Shown piece by piece: positions 26,604-35,824 of a stretch of 64,000 nt of DNA; position 1 is the first letter of the stretch, and each line of letters opens with the position of its first letter. The notes under the pieces were generated by a model that saw only the letters and a list, made by a program, of their open reading frames with translations, made no database searches and had not been told where the DNA came from. The DNA comes from Syntrophomonadaceae bacterium (GTDB taxonomy: Bacteria; Bacillota; Syntrophomonadia; Syntrophomonadales; DTU052), in assembly GCA_012729505.1 (NCBI GenBank), contig JAAYDA010000019.1, positions 234-64,233 on the forward strand, in the 5' to 3' direction. A program made the translations under genes and the position numbers.

Positions 26604-26708
26604 AACCTTCCTCCATTCACTTGTTATTCACACGAAAAAACACTTTGTAATGGAATAGTTGTTAAACCCAGTTTTCCGGCTTATCTTCCCATAAAACAAC
26701 CCAAACGA

Positions 26709-26727
26709 CATATGTCAACATGACATG
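26709..26727. promoter_or_regulatory. ATGT-N7-ACAT palindrome (PadR-operator-like), between the CoA-transferase gene and padR
   Basis: CATATGTCAACATGACATG. It shares the CATATGTCA/TGACAT core with the sites at 26829, 27446 and 34964. Confidence 0.35.
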
Positions 26728-26828
26728 TATCTTTATATTTACTATATTCACTTATTTGCATTCCCGTCAAGTTGATTTTTAACGTAAAATGAAGTTTCAT
26801 TGACACAACCCAAGGTTAAAATTACAAT

Positions 26829-26846
26829 AAGTCAAAATGACATATG
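26829..26846. promoter_or_regulatory. PadR-operator-like half-palindrome overlapping the padR start region
   Basis: AAGTCAAAATGACATATG has the same TGACATATG core. Confidence 0.3.
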
Positions 26847-27440
26847 CAGAGGTTAGCAACAATGATAGATTTAGAGCTTATTATTTTGGGTGCGTTAATC
26901 AATGGACCAATGACCGGCTATGATATTAAACATTTAATGAGCTATACTTCCAACTATTTTTTTAAGGTCAGTAACGGAAATCTATATCCTACCTTAAAAC
27001 GCTTTGAATCCTCGGGGTTAGTCAGATCCACTGAACTGATCGAAAATGGCCGCTGTAAAAAAGTCTATGAAATTACCGAGGATGGATACCAAACATTTAT
27101 TGATTATGTAAGCAAACCACTTCGGCCAATCGTTTACAAAGACGAGATGCTTATCCGCATGTACTTTGCAAACAGCTTCCCGGAACATATTCTCCGCAAA
27201 AGTCTGGAACAAAAGCTGGAGATAATCGATGCACTAAGAAAGGATTGCGAAAGAGTAAGGGGCGAACATCAAGATGAGGCCCAAGATAAATATAAGCGTT
27301 TAATAAACAAATTTGGTCTTGAACTGTCAGATTTTATGGAAGGATTCTTTCGGGAATTGTTAGATGAGTTAGATGAACCGGAAGAAATTGAGACAGCAGC
27401 AGCAAACGTGACCCTGCCGGATCCGGAATCGCCCCGGTAA
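26844..27440 (+). CDS. PadR-family transcriptional regulator
   Basis: ILGALINGPMTGYDIKHLM......NGNLYPTLKRFESSGLV is the PadR winged-helix signature. The start may instead be the internal MIDLEL (26862). Confidence 0.8.
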   Translation: MQRLATMIDLELIILGALINGPMTGYDIKHLMSYTSNYFFKVSNGNLYPTLKRFESSGLVRSTELIENGRCKKVYEITEDGYQTFIDYVSKPLRPIVYKDEMLIRMYFANSFPEHILRKSLEQKLEIIDALRKDCERVRGEHQDEAQDKYKRLINKFGLELSDFMEGFFRELLDELDEPEEIETAAANVTLPDPESPR

Positions 27441-27445
27441 CCCGC

Positions 27446-27464
27446 CATATGTCAAACCTGACAT
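27446..27464. promoter_or_regulatory. ATGT-N8-ACAT palindrome (PadR-operator-like) upstream of the HGD-D/activase pair
   Basis: CATATGTCAAACCTGACAT has exactly the ATGT-N8-ACAT spacing reported for PadR operators. Confidence 0.4.
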
Positions 27465-27646
27465 CGGACACCTCATTGCTGTAAATTTCCAACAATAGAG
27501 CCGCCCCTGATATTTCTATATAACTAATTGTAATTAGACATATAACATATTATCGGGTTATCATTCTATTCAGGATCAATGACTGACTGTGATCTTCACA
27601 CACAGAAAGGTTTTTCGATTCTTGAAAAATTATGGGGAGTGATACG

Positions 27647-28795
27647 ATGAGGCCCGGTATATTGGATTCATTTAAAGAGATCAGAGAACAAAACATTATG
27701 ACTCTTAAGCAAAAGAAGGAAGAGGGAGTTAAAGTAGCCGGTATTTATTGCGGATTCTGTCCGCGGGAGCTGGTGCTGGCTGCCGGGGCCATACCGGTGG
27801 GATTATGTGGTACCAGAGATGAACCCATCGCGGCTGCTGAAAAGGATCTGCCCCGCAACCTATGCCCTCTTATTAAAAGCTCATACGGTTTTGCCGTCAC
27901 CGATACCTGCCCGTACTTTCACTTTTCTGACCTGGTTATCGGGGAGACCACCTGTGACGGCAAGAAAAAGATGTTTGAAATCATGGATAAAATCAAGCCG
28001 GTACATGTGATGCATCTTCCCCAAATGCCGGAGAAGCCATCATCCATGACCCTCTGGTATGATGAAATTGCCGATTTAAAAAAAGCCATCGAAGAAAGAT
28101 TCCAGGTTGAAATCACCGAAGAAGCCATCCGCGAAGCCATTCACATCACCAATGAAGAGGCCCGGGCCTTAAAAGATCTGTATGATTTGAATACCGCAAA
28201 ACCAGCCTTGATGACAGGAATCGATTTGCTGATGACCTCCTTCCAGGTTTCATTCAATGCTGATCGCCGGGAAGGGATTGCTATGGTGGATAAACTGGTA
28301 TCCCAGGTACGGGAGCTGGCCCGGGAAGGCTATCATGTTGGAGATGAAAACACCCCCCGGATCCTGGTCACCGGAACCCCCGTAGGCATGGGGAGTGAAA
28401 AGGTAATATCCCTGGTAGAGGAATGCGGAGGTTTGGTGGTAGCCATGCAAAACTGCAGCGGCTATACACCGGCCGAGCTTCACATTGACGAATCCGATTC
28501 CCGGGACCCCCTGATGCTTTTAGCTGAAAAATATATAGGAATACCTTGCTCGATTGTAACCCCGAACCCCGGCAGACGGGATACATTGGAACGAATGATC
28601 TCCAAATTCAAGGTTGACGGAGTGATTGACCTGACCTGGCAGGCCTGCCATACTTTTAATGTTGAATCCTATTTCCTTGAGGATCTGGTGAAAAATAAGC
28701 TCGGGCTGCCATTCTTGCATCTGGAAACCGACTATTCCGATTCTGATCGGGAGACTCTCCGGGTGCGGGTAGAAGCATTTCTGGAAATGATCTAA
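27647..28795 (+). CDS. 2-hydroxyacyl-CoA dehydratase D-component family (HGD-D/BcrC/BadD) protein, single-subunit type
   Basis: About 380 aa with multiple conserved Cys (YCGFCPRE, GLCGT, NLCPLIKS, GETTCDGKKK). It is followed by its activase. The start was set at ATG 27647 behind RBS GGGGAG. Confidence 0.8.
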   Translation: MRPGILDSFKEIREQNIMTLKQKKEEGVKVAGIYCGFCPRELVLAAGAIPVGLCGTRDEPIAAAEKDLPRNLCPLIKSSYGFAVTDTCPYFHFSDLVIGETTCDGKKKMFEIMDKIKPVHVMHLPQMPEKPSSMTLWYDEIADLKKAIEERFQVEITEEAIREAIHITNEEARALKDLYDLNTAKPALMTGIDLLMTSFQVSFNADRREGIAMVDKLVSQVRELAREGYHVGDENTPRILVTGTPVGMGSEKVISLVEECGGLVVAMQNCSGYTPAELHIDESDSRDPLMLLAEKYIGIPCSIVTPNPGRRDTLERMISKFKVDGVIDLTWQACHTFNVESYFLEDLVKNKLGLPFLHLETDYSDSDRETLRVRVEAFLEMI

Positions 28796-28824
28796 ATGAC
28801 CTGGACGTTAAACTGGAGGATAAA

Positions 28825-29598
28825 ATGTTAGTTGCAGGGGTTGATGTAGGCTCTGTTGCTACTAAAGTAGTTATAATCAAAGACGACGCCTTCTATTATA
28901 GAACCGCACCTACCGGATGGAGTCCCCGTGAAGCGGGAGGCCAAGTCTTCAGGGAAGCCTTATCTGCTCTGGGCTGCGCAGCAGAACAGGTGGAATTTGT
29001 GGTTGGAACCGGATATGGCAGGGTATCGCTAAGCTTTGCCGACAAGGCTGTGACCGAGATCACCTGCCATGCCCGCGGTGCGGCCCATCTGGTCCCCGGA
29101 AGCTCTATGGTGATAGATATCGGCGGCCAGGACAGTAAAGTCATTAAAATTGACAACCAGGGCCAGGTCCTGGATTTTGCCATGAATGACAAATGTGCAG
29201 CCGGTACCGGGAGATTCTTGCAGGTAATTGCCGCTTCCCTGGGCAACGATGTAAGTGAATTATCCGATTTGGCAGCGGGAAAGTCCCCCCTGGCCTTGAA
29301 TAGCATGTGTGCCGTTTTCGCCGAATCCGAGGTGATTGGATTACTGGCCTCCGGCCACGATAAAGGTGAAATCGTATCCGGCCTGCACCAGTCAATCGCC
29401 CGGCGTATTGCCAGTATGGTTGGGCGGTTGGGTCATTCCCACCAGGTCACCTTTACCGGGGGTGTTGCCAGAAATGAGAGTATGCGCCGCTCCCTGGAGA
29501 ATGTTTTAGGTATGAAGGTAATAGTGCCGGAGCATTGTCAGATGGCAGGCGCTCTGGGCGCCGCCCTGATTGCCCGGAAACACCGGCCCGAAAAATGA
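28825..29598 (+). CDS. BadF/BadG/BcrA/BcrD-type ATPase, CoA-substrate-specific enzyme activase (HgdC-like)
   Basis: GVDVGSVATK is the actin-fold phosphate-1 motif. IGGQDSK, NDKCAAGTGRF and MCAVFAESEV carry the bridging [4Fe-4S] Cys. Confidence 0.9.
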   Translation: MLVAGVDVGSVATKVVIIKDDAFYYRTAPTGWSPREAGGQVFREALSALGCAAEQVEFVVGTGYGRVSLSFADKAVTEITCHARGAAHLVPGSSMVIDIGGQDSKVIKIDNQGQVLDFAMNDKCAAGTGRFLQVIAASLGNDVSELSDLAAGKSPLALNSMCAVFAESEVIGLLASGHDKGEIVSGLHQSIARRIASMVGRLGHSHQVTFTGGVARNESMRRSLENVLGMKVIVPEHCQMAGALGAALIARKHRPEK

Positions 29599-29691
29599 CC
29601 CCCATTCCCTGTGAACCCCCTCGGACAAATAATATTATAAAGGCAGTGGGTTTTCTCCCGCTGCTTTTTATTTGCCAAACGAATCTCCGCG

Positions 29692-30399
29692 CTACACTCG
29701 GTGAATATTTGATGATTCTATTTGAAAGACATCGACCTTAGCTTCAATTCTGCCAAGGGTAGTTAGGATCTGTTCGTTTATATCGTTTTGGACTTCCCTG
29801 TAGTCATACAATGCACGAATCCTTTCAATGACTTCATTCTCCATCCGCAGCTCCAGCTTATCAACCTTAGTTTCCAGTCTGGTTTGATTGGCCCCGATTT
29901 CATCGACCTTAGCTTCCAGGTTTTCAACCTTGGTCTCCAGATTATCAACCTTGATTTCCAGATTATCAAACCTAATTTCTAATCTGGCCTGATTAGCCCC
30001 GATTTCATCAACCTTAGCTTCCAGGTTTTCAAATTTAGCTTCCAGTCCAGCTTGATTAGCCCCGATTTCATCAACCTTAGCTTCCAAGTTTTCAAATTTA
30101 GCTTCCAGTCCAGCTTGATTAGCTCCGATTTCATCAACCTTAGCTTCCAAGTTTTCAAATTTAGCTTCCAGTCCAGCTTGATTAGCCCCGATTTCATCGA
30201 CCTTGGTTTCCAGATTATCGAACTTAATTTCTAATCTGGCTTGATTGTCCCCAAATTCATCAAATCTAGCTTCCAGTCCGGCTTGATTGCTTTCAATGCT
30301 ATCCATTCGCTGACCCAGAGAATTTACATCAATCTTAATAATGTCAACATCTGATACAACTTTTTCGAGGAGACTTAGAATCCTTGCCTCATTATTCAT
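29692..30399 (-). CDS. coiled-coil repeat protein of unknown function
   Basis: The start was set at MNNEARIL behind RBS GGGGGGAA. The body is made of 21-aa repeats (GANQAGLEAKFENLEAKVDEI), three of them identical. No family recognised. Confidence 0.6.
   Translation of the reverse strand: MNNEARILSLLEKVVSDVDIIKIDVNSLGQRMDSIESNQAGLEARFDEFGDNQARLEIKFDNLETKVDEIGANQAGLEAKFENLEAKVDEIGANQAGLEAKFENLEAKVDEIGANQAGLEAKFENLEAKVDEIGANQARLEIRFDNLEIKVDNLETKVENLEAKVDEIGANQTRLETKVDKLELRMENEVIERIRALYDYREVQNDINEQILTTLGRIEAKVDVFQIESSNIHRV
29991..30202. repeat. tandem 63-nt coding repeat (3.3 units, near-identical)
   Basis: Units lie at 29991-30053, 30054-30116 and 30117-30179, plus a partial fourth. All are inside the coiled-coil CDS. 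Confidence 0.9.
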
Positions 30400-30751
30400 G
30401 CGGTTTCCCCCCCTGTCTTCCGGACGCATTTCAGGCCACTTTACCGAACATATCTAATTCTCAAAAGAGTTTATGGTGTCTTCCTTTTGTATAACCGCTT
30501 CCGGTGAATTTTATTTAATCTATATTATATCCTCACCTTCCAAGATGAGGAAGCGAAAATTATGTATGTCTGCTGATCGGGCTTTGGGCCTGCGTAAGTG
30601 AATTTTATCCAGCCACGGTCCAATATCTCTGCCCAGCCATTATACACTTCTACCCACGAAATCTGCTAGAATATCAAGAGATGGCAGACAAAAGCAGTCA
30701 AAATAACCCTCTTGCCTGCTAATTATAAAATTTATCCAGGAGGGATCGCTT

Positions 30752-31684
30752 ATGTATATTACTTCAACCGGTAAGATTCGCAATAACCTATATATGCTAG
30801 GACACTCAGGTTATCCCATGTTTCTTGTGGACGCGCCAAAACCGGCCCTGTTTGAAGCCGGGGCCTGCTTCACAGGGAAAATGTACGTTGAGGATATCAA
30901 CTCCACCCTGCCCGGCCGGCCGCCCTCGTTTCTTTTTCTTACCCATGCCCATTGGGACCACTGTGGTGCTGTCGCCCATCTGAAGGAGGCCTTCCCGACT
31001 CTGCAGGTGGCCGCGTCGAGTATGGCCGCGGACATTCTCAGACGACCCAATGCCTTGGCTTTAATAAGGAAGCTTAATGATGATGCCCGAACTTATATGG
31101 ACTCCTTTCCCGGAATTGACACATCCCTGTTCATAGATGAAACTTTCCAGCCCTTTGAGGTGGATATTGAGCTGGAGGACAGTTCCGTTATTGATTTAGG
31201 CAACGGTACTACCGTAGAAATATTGGCGACCCCCGGCCACACCCGGGATCACCACAGCTTCTATTTGCCCAGGGAAAAAGTCATGATAGCCGGAGAAGCC
31301 GCCGGCCTGCTTTTAAATACCGGCGAAGTCACCACCGAGTTTTTATTTGATTACGACGCCTATCTTCTGTCTCTGCAAAAGTTAGCGCAGCTCCCCATAG
31401 AAGTATTTTGTCAGGGCCACAACCTGGTTATCATAGGAGAAGAAAAAATAAAGACCTTCCTGGAAAGATCCATCCAGGAAACAATTGATTTTAAAGACAG
31501 GGCTTTAGAACTCCTTGACGAAGAAGACGGCTCTGTAGAACAAGTTATTCAAAGAGTAAAAGCAGAGCGTTATGATCCTATCCAGGGACTTAAACAACCA
31601 GTGGTCCCGTATATGATAAATCTGACCGCTAAGATAAACCACCTGGCCGCCAGAAAAAATCAGCCTTCAGGTGCCGTTACATAA
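30752..31684 (+). CDS. metallo-beta-lactamase-fold hydrolase
   Basis: It has the HxHxDH motif (THAHWDHCG) and a later TPGHTRDH. Confidence 0.75.
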   Translation: MYITSTGKIRNNLYMLGHSGYPMFLVDAPKPALFEAGACFTGKMYVEDINSTLPGRPPSFLFLTHAHWDHCGAVAHLKEAFPTLQVAASSMAADILRRPNALALIRKLNDDARTYMDSFPGIDTSLFIDETFQPFEVDIELEDSSVIDLGNGTTVEILATPGHTRDHHSFYLPREKVMIAGEAAGLLLNTGEVTTEFLFDYDAYLLSLQKLAQLPIEVFCQGHNLVIIGEEKIKTFLERSIQETIDFKDRALELLDEEDGSVEQVIQRVKAERYDPIQGLKQPVVPYMINLTAKINHLAARKNQPSGAVT

Positions 31685-31763
31685 ACAACTAACCCCTGAA
31701 TAAAGGCAGGGGGCTGGGGCAGTCAAACCGCCTCAGCCCCCTATTTCATCAACCCGCTGCCAG

Positions 31764-33206
31764 CTAATCCTGATTTGTGGTAATACCGCAGACATTTTTG
31801 GCCAGCTTTTTAAGATGCTCCAAATTAGCATCCCTTAGAAGCATTACCCGTTGAGCCTGCGGCGAACCCGCTCCATGCATAGATTCAACCAAGGCCGTTC
31901 CTCCCGTGGCGTTTTCAATGAACCGGCCCATTTTGATTCGGTCCATTGCCGGCACATCAGCCCGGGCCTGTGAATACTTTTCCACCATAGGCCCTATTAC
32001 CGGATGAGCCAAATCCTTCTCAGACGGCAGGGTGGCAATAAACCCCCCGGTAATATCGTGGGCCAGACGACAGATTTCATAGTGATAACGAGTTATATGC
32101 TGCTTGGTAATATTAGCATAGGTAGTATGAGGGTAATAATTCCCCGCCGGAAGAGGCCGGGACTCATAACCGGCCGCCAGAGAACTGGCATGCATCGTAT
32201 CATTCATCAAAACCATCTCAATAATTTTATCCCTGATATGGCTGGCCTTGGGCACACCATTATATTCAGCCATAGCAGCACTGGCGCCGATCACCACATC
32301 AAAAACCCCGGCTTTGCAGGCCCCGTAATTTTGGCGGTGGTAAGTCGCGAAGCGTTCCACCATCATACCCACAAATTCAGTTTCCCCGCACATAAATACC
32401 CGTTCCCAAGGAACAAAAACATCATTAAATACCACCAGAGCTTCGCCACCCACCACACCGTAGGTGATATTACCCTGATCCAATTCCCCCAATTTGCGTT
32501 CATCATTAGTTTGACGCCCAAAAATCATTACGATCCCCGGAGTATCCAGGGGCAAAGCAAAGGAGATTGCATAATCCTGATCCTCCGGCTTCATAGCCAC
32601 AGTAGGCATAACCAAAATCTCATGAGAATTGGCCGCTCCGGTTTGATGAGCTTTCGCCCCCCGCACCACGATCCCATCCTCCCTCTTTTCCACCACATGA
32701 ACAAAAAGGTCGGGATCCGCCTGCTTACTCGGCGAAAGACTCCGATCCCCCTTGGGATCAGTCATCCCTCCTACAACCATCAAATCATTCTGTTGAATAA
32801 ACTTGACATAATCACAAATCCTCACAAAATAATCAGTATTATATTTCTGATCAATCTCGTAAGCCACACTGTAGACAGCATTCATTGCATCCCAGCCCAC
32901 ACACCGCTGAAAACAAGTGCCGGTCTTTTGTCCAATAACCCGCAGCAATTTTGACTTTTTGACCATATCATCCCTGGACTGCTGAATATGGGTAAAACGG
33001 TTGATTTTTTCACCGGTCAAACCGGAAGTTGCCACCGATAAATCCATAACCTCAGGATCAAAAGCTATATCATAGGTGAGGGCCGCAGTATTAATATGAG
33101 GTCTGAGATAAGGGTTATCCACGATATTATCAATTCTCTCCCCCATAATATACAGCTCAGTTTTAAGCTCCCTGAGACTTTCCCTATATTCCTGCCCGGT
33201 CTTCAT
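31764..33206 (-). CDS. 4-hydroxybutyryl-CoA dehydratase / 4-hydroxyphenylacetate 3-monooxygenase (AbfD/HpaB) family protein
   Basis: 480 aa. TCFQRCVGWD carries the AbfD-type Cys pair. The acyl-CoA-dehydrogenase-like fold patterns are typical of the family. Confidence 0.85.
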   Translation of the reverse strand: MKTGQEYRESLRELKTELYIMGERIDNIVDNPYLRPHINTAALTYDIAFDPEVMDLSVATSGLTGEKINRFTHIQQSRDDMVKKSKLLRVIGQKTGTCFQRCVGWDAMNAVYSVAYEIDQKYNTDYFVRICDYVKFIQQNDLMVVGGMTDPKGDRSLSPSKQADPDLFVHVVEKREDGIVVRGAKAHQTGAANSHEILVMPTVAMKPEDQDYAISFALPLDTPGIVMIFGRQTNDERKLGELDQGNITYGVVGGEALVVFNDVFVPWERVFMCGETEFVGMMVERFATYHRQNYGACKAGVFDVVIGASAAMAEYNGVPKASHIRDKIIEMVLMNDTMHASSLAAGYESRPLPAGNYYPHTTYANITKQHITRYHYEICRLAHDITGGFIATLPSEKDLAHPVIGPMVEKYSQARADVPAMDRIKMGRFIENATGGTALVESMHGAGSPQAQRVMLLRDANLEHLKKLAKNVCGITTNQD

Positions 33207-33315
33207 TCAAAATCATCCTCCCTCATTAATAATCCAACGGCTTAGCTGCGGTATATCCAAACCGCATAATTTGTTATGGGCATGTTCCCAAAATCCCCAT
33301 ATCAGAAAAGCCTGA

Positions 33316-34935
33316 TTATTCCGGGATATAACGCAATTCCTTCTTCATGACCTTGCCATTAGCATTCCGGGGAAGCTCCTTCACAAATTCCACATAGGTA
33401 GGAGTCTTGAATTTTGCCATCCGGTCCATAACCCAGTCCTTTACTTCCTGTTCAGTAAGTGACACCCCTTCTTTGGGAACCACCACCGCTTTAGTAAGCT
33501 CGCCGAATTTGGCATCAGGCACTCCAACTATAGCAACCTCCAATATTTTAGGATTAGTATATAATACATCCTCGACCTCAACACTGAAAATCTTTTCACC
33601 GCCCCGGTTAATCATGTCTTTGAGCCGGTCCTTAATATAGACATAGCCTTGTTCATCGATAGTAACCATATCCCCCGTATGCAGCCAGCCATCTGTAATT
33701 GCCTGGGCAGTAGCTTCAGGCATTTCCCAGTAGCCCTTAGTCACATTCACCGATTTAATCCACAGCTCGCCTTCCATATTGGGAGGCATTTCCTCTCCCG
33801 TTTCCGGATTAACCGATCTCACCTCCGATACCACCGAAGGGAAGCCTATTGTGGCCGCGTTTACGGATGAATCAGGTGTCAAAGTGCCCGGTGAGGACAC
33901 CTCCGTAAGTCCGTAAGTGTTGTGTACCTTAATCCCCGGTATCCATTCAATTATCTGGCGGATTGACTCGGCGGAAATAGCCGCGCCGCCCATGGCGCCA
34001 ATCCGGAAATGGCTCAGGTCGTATTTCTTGGCATCCGGATGATTCATCATCATAATATAGACAGTCGGTACCGAAAGAGTATGGGTACAGTGCTTTTCTC
34101 CAATAAGCCTTATCATTTCCGCGGCATCCATCTTCGGCATAATGACCGACGACCCGCCCGCGTAAATCAAAGCCATAAGCTGAGCAAACAAACCGGTAAC
34201 ATGGAACAGAGGCACGGCAATAATTCCCCGGTCTTCCTCAGTAATTTCGTAGCTATTAGCGTAAACCATAGCAGAATGAATGCCGTTAATATGACTTGAC
34301 TGTGATCCCTTAGGCTGTCCGGTTGTTCCCGAGGTATAAATGATCCAGGCCGTATCTTCCTCATCCACCGGCACACTCACCAATTCAGCCACATCTTTTT
34401 CGACCAGCTTCGCAAACGGAATAGTACCAGGCATTTGCTCCCCTAATACCACAAACAGCCGACATCGAATCTCATCTTTTATAGGCGCTATGGTCGGTCC
34501 ATAATTTTCCTCTTCGGTGATCAACATGATAGACCCGGAGTTTTCCAGCTGATATTTTATTTCGGCGGATTTCATTTTGTTGTTTAAAAGGACCACAATA
34601 GCACCGGCCCTTATAATCCCGAACATGCTTATGGCACATTCAAGGCAGTTTTTAAACAACAGGCCGATCCGATCACCCTTTTTTATTCCGTAATCATTGA
34701 TAAGTGCCGCGGCCATGTTATTTACTAACCGGTCCCATTCCCGGTAGGTAAGGGTCTGATCCTCATAAATCAATGCGACTTTATCCGGATACTTGGCGAC
34801 CGTCCTCCTAAAGAGCTCATCCAGGGATTTTGGTCTTTCCTTGAAAACATAATTTTCTCGTCCATGTACCATCTGTCTGGTAAGCTTGTCGGTAATTTCT
34901 TTTGGCCAACCCACCTTAGTGCCATCAGCATACAT
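33316..34935 (-). CDS. acyl-CoA synthetase / AMP-dependent ligase (paralogue 4)
   Basis: It has YTSGTTGQPKGS, TYGLTE and TGDMVTIDEQGY. Confidence 0.9.
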   Translation of the reverse strand: MYADGTKVGWPKEITDKLTRQMVHGRENYVFKERPKSLDELFRRTVAKYPDKVALIYEDQTLTYREWDRLVNNMAAALINDYGIKKGDRIGLLFKNCLECAISMFGIIRAGAIVVLLNNKMKSAEIKYQLENSGSIMLITEEENYGPTIAPIKDEIRCRLFVVLGEQMPGTIPFAKLVEKDVAELVSVPVDEEDTAWIIYTSGTTGQPKGSQSSHINGIHSAMVYANSYEITEEDRGIIAVPLFHVTGLFAQLMALIYAGGSSVIMPKMDAAEMIRLIGEKHCTHTLSVPTVYIMMMNHPDAKKYDLSHFRIGAMGGAAISAESIRQIIEWIPGIKVHNTYGLTEVSSPGTLTPDSSVNAATIGFPSVVSEVRSVNPETGEEMPPNMEGELWIKSVNVTKGYWEMPEATAQAITDGWLHTGDMVTIDEQGYVYIKDRLKDMINRGGEKIFSVEVEDVLYTNPKILEVAIVGVPDAKFGELTKAVVVPKEGVSLTEQEVKDWVMDRMAKFKTPTYVEFVKELPRNANGKVMKKELRYIPE

Positions 34936-34963
34936 TTAAATCCTCCCTTTCCTATGGAGCGTC

Positions 34964-35001
34964 TGTCATATGTGAAAACCCAACGGCCTTCACATATGAC
35001 A
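34964..35001. promoter_or_regulatory. 13-bp inverted repeat carrying the same CATATG-TCA/TGA core (operator or terminator)
   Basis: TGTCATATGTGAA-N12-TTCACATATGACA lies between the MBL gene stop and the paralogue-4 ligase start. Confidence 0.3.
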
Positions 35002-35029
35002 AAATTTCTCCAATTTTAATTTCTTCAGA

Positions 35030-35824
35030 CTATTTTCCAGGGAATACTTTGCCATTGATAAACGGGTCATGGCCCGGCAGTATACGCTTACGGCTCCCGG
35101 CCACCTTCAAAACTCGCCACACACTGTTATACCAGTCCATAAGATTAACATGAATTCCAGGAGGATAAAAAGCGTGGCCCGGCTGGGGAATAACTTCAAT
35201 CTTTGCGCCGGTGGCGTCAATAAATTCGGTAGTGTCAGGGTACATATTAAGCTGCATATAAATCAAATCACCGGAGATTACATATTTACCCTCACTGGTA
35301 TTTACTACCGTAGCCTGCTGTCCCATAGTATGACCAGGCACACATATGACATTAACCCCGTCCGCTACCTCATAGCCGTCATCAGCCAGAACCAGATCAT
35401 AACCCTCTAGTTCCCGGAGCAATTCAGCCACGTAAACACCGTCTTGGATGGGAATGGGATTTTTAGCATACTCCCATTCAGTTTTCTGCAAAATAAACTG
35501 AGCATTAGGGAACAAGCCGATATTAGCGGCATGGTCAAAGTGGAAATGAGAAATAATTACGATATCTATATCCTCCGGTTTTAAGCCTACCTTAGCCAGC
35601 CCCTTCCGCATCCCCTCCGGCCCGACTCCCGCAAGAGTGAAGCCATGATAGTTAGGATCGTCCACACATCCGGTATCAACCAATATTTTTTTATCTCCGC
35701 CTTCAATATAGAAAGCGAGAATAGGCACTGTAAAAGCCAGGTCCGGCTGAAGATTAAACGTCATAGTAGCCTTAGTGACACCTATTAAACCTACCTCGAT
35801 CGGATAAATCTTATATTCCGTCAT
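35030..35824 (-). CDS. metallo-beta-lactamase-fold hydrolase (N-acyl-homoserine-lactonase-like)
   Basis: It has the SHFHFDHAAN (HxHxDH) motif. The start was set at MTEYKIYPIE behind RBS AAGGAG. The track extension has no RBS. Confidence 0.8.
   Translation of the reverse strand: MTEYKIYPIEVGLIGVTKATMTFNLQPDLAFTVPILAFYIEGGDKKILVDTGCVDDPNYHGFTLAGVGPEGMRKGLAKVGLKPEDIDIVIISHFHFDHAANIGLFPNAQFILQKTEWEYAKNPIPIQDGVYVAELLRELEGYDLVLADDGYEVADGVNVICVPGHTMGQQATVVNTSEGKYVISGDLIYMQLNMYPDTTEFIDATGAKIEVIPQPGHAFYPPGIHVNLMDWYNSVWRVLKVAGSRKRILPGHDPFINGKVFPGK

Noticed and set aside
29991-30202. Regularly spaced direct repeats that could be mistaken for a CRISPR array (likewise 42540-42880 and 43860-43950)
   Set aside because: The units are contiguous with no unique spacers. 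Their lengths are multiples of 3, and they sit in frame inside well-supported CDSs. No cas genes are present.
32004-32954. 316-aa ORF antisense to the AbfD-family gene (similar cases: 60560-61414 antisense to pstC, 21208-21711 antisense to modB, 13128-13508, 17207-17947)
   Set aside because: They lie opposite strongly recognisable genes, lack an RBS, and have skewed low-information composition (His/Ile/Pro/Arg-rich). This is typical of shadow ORFs.
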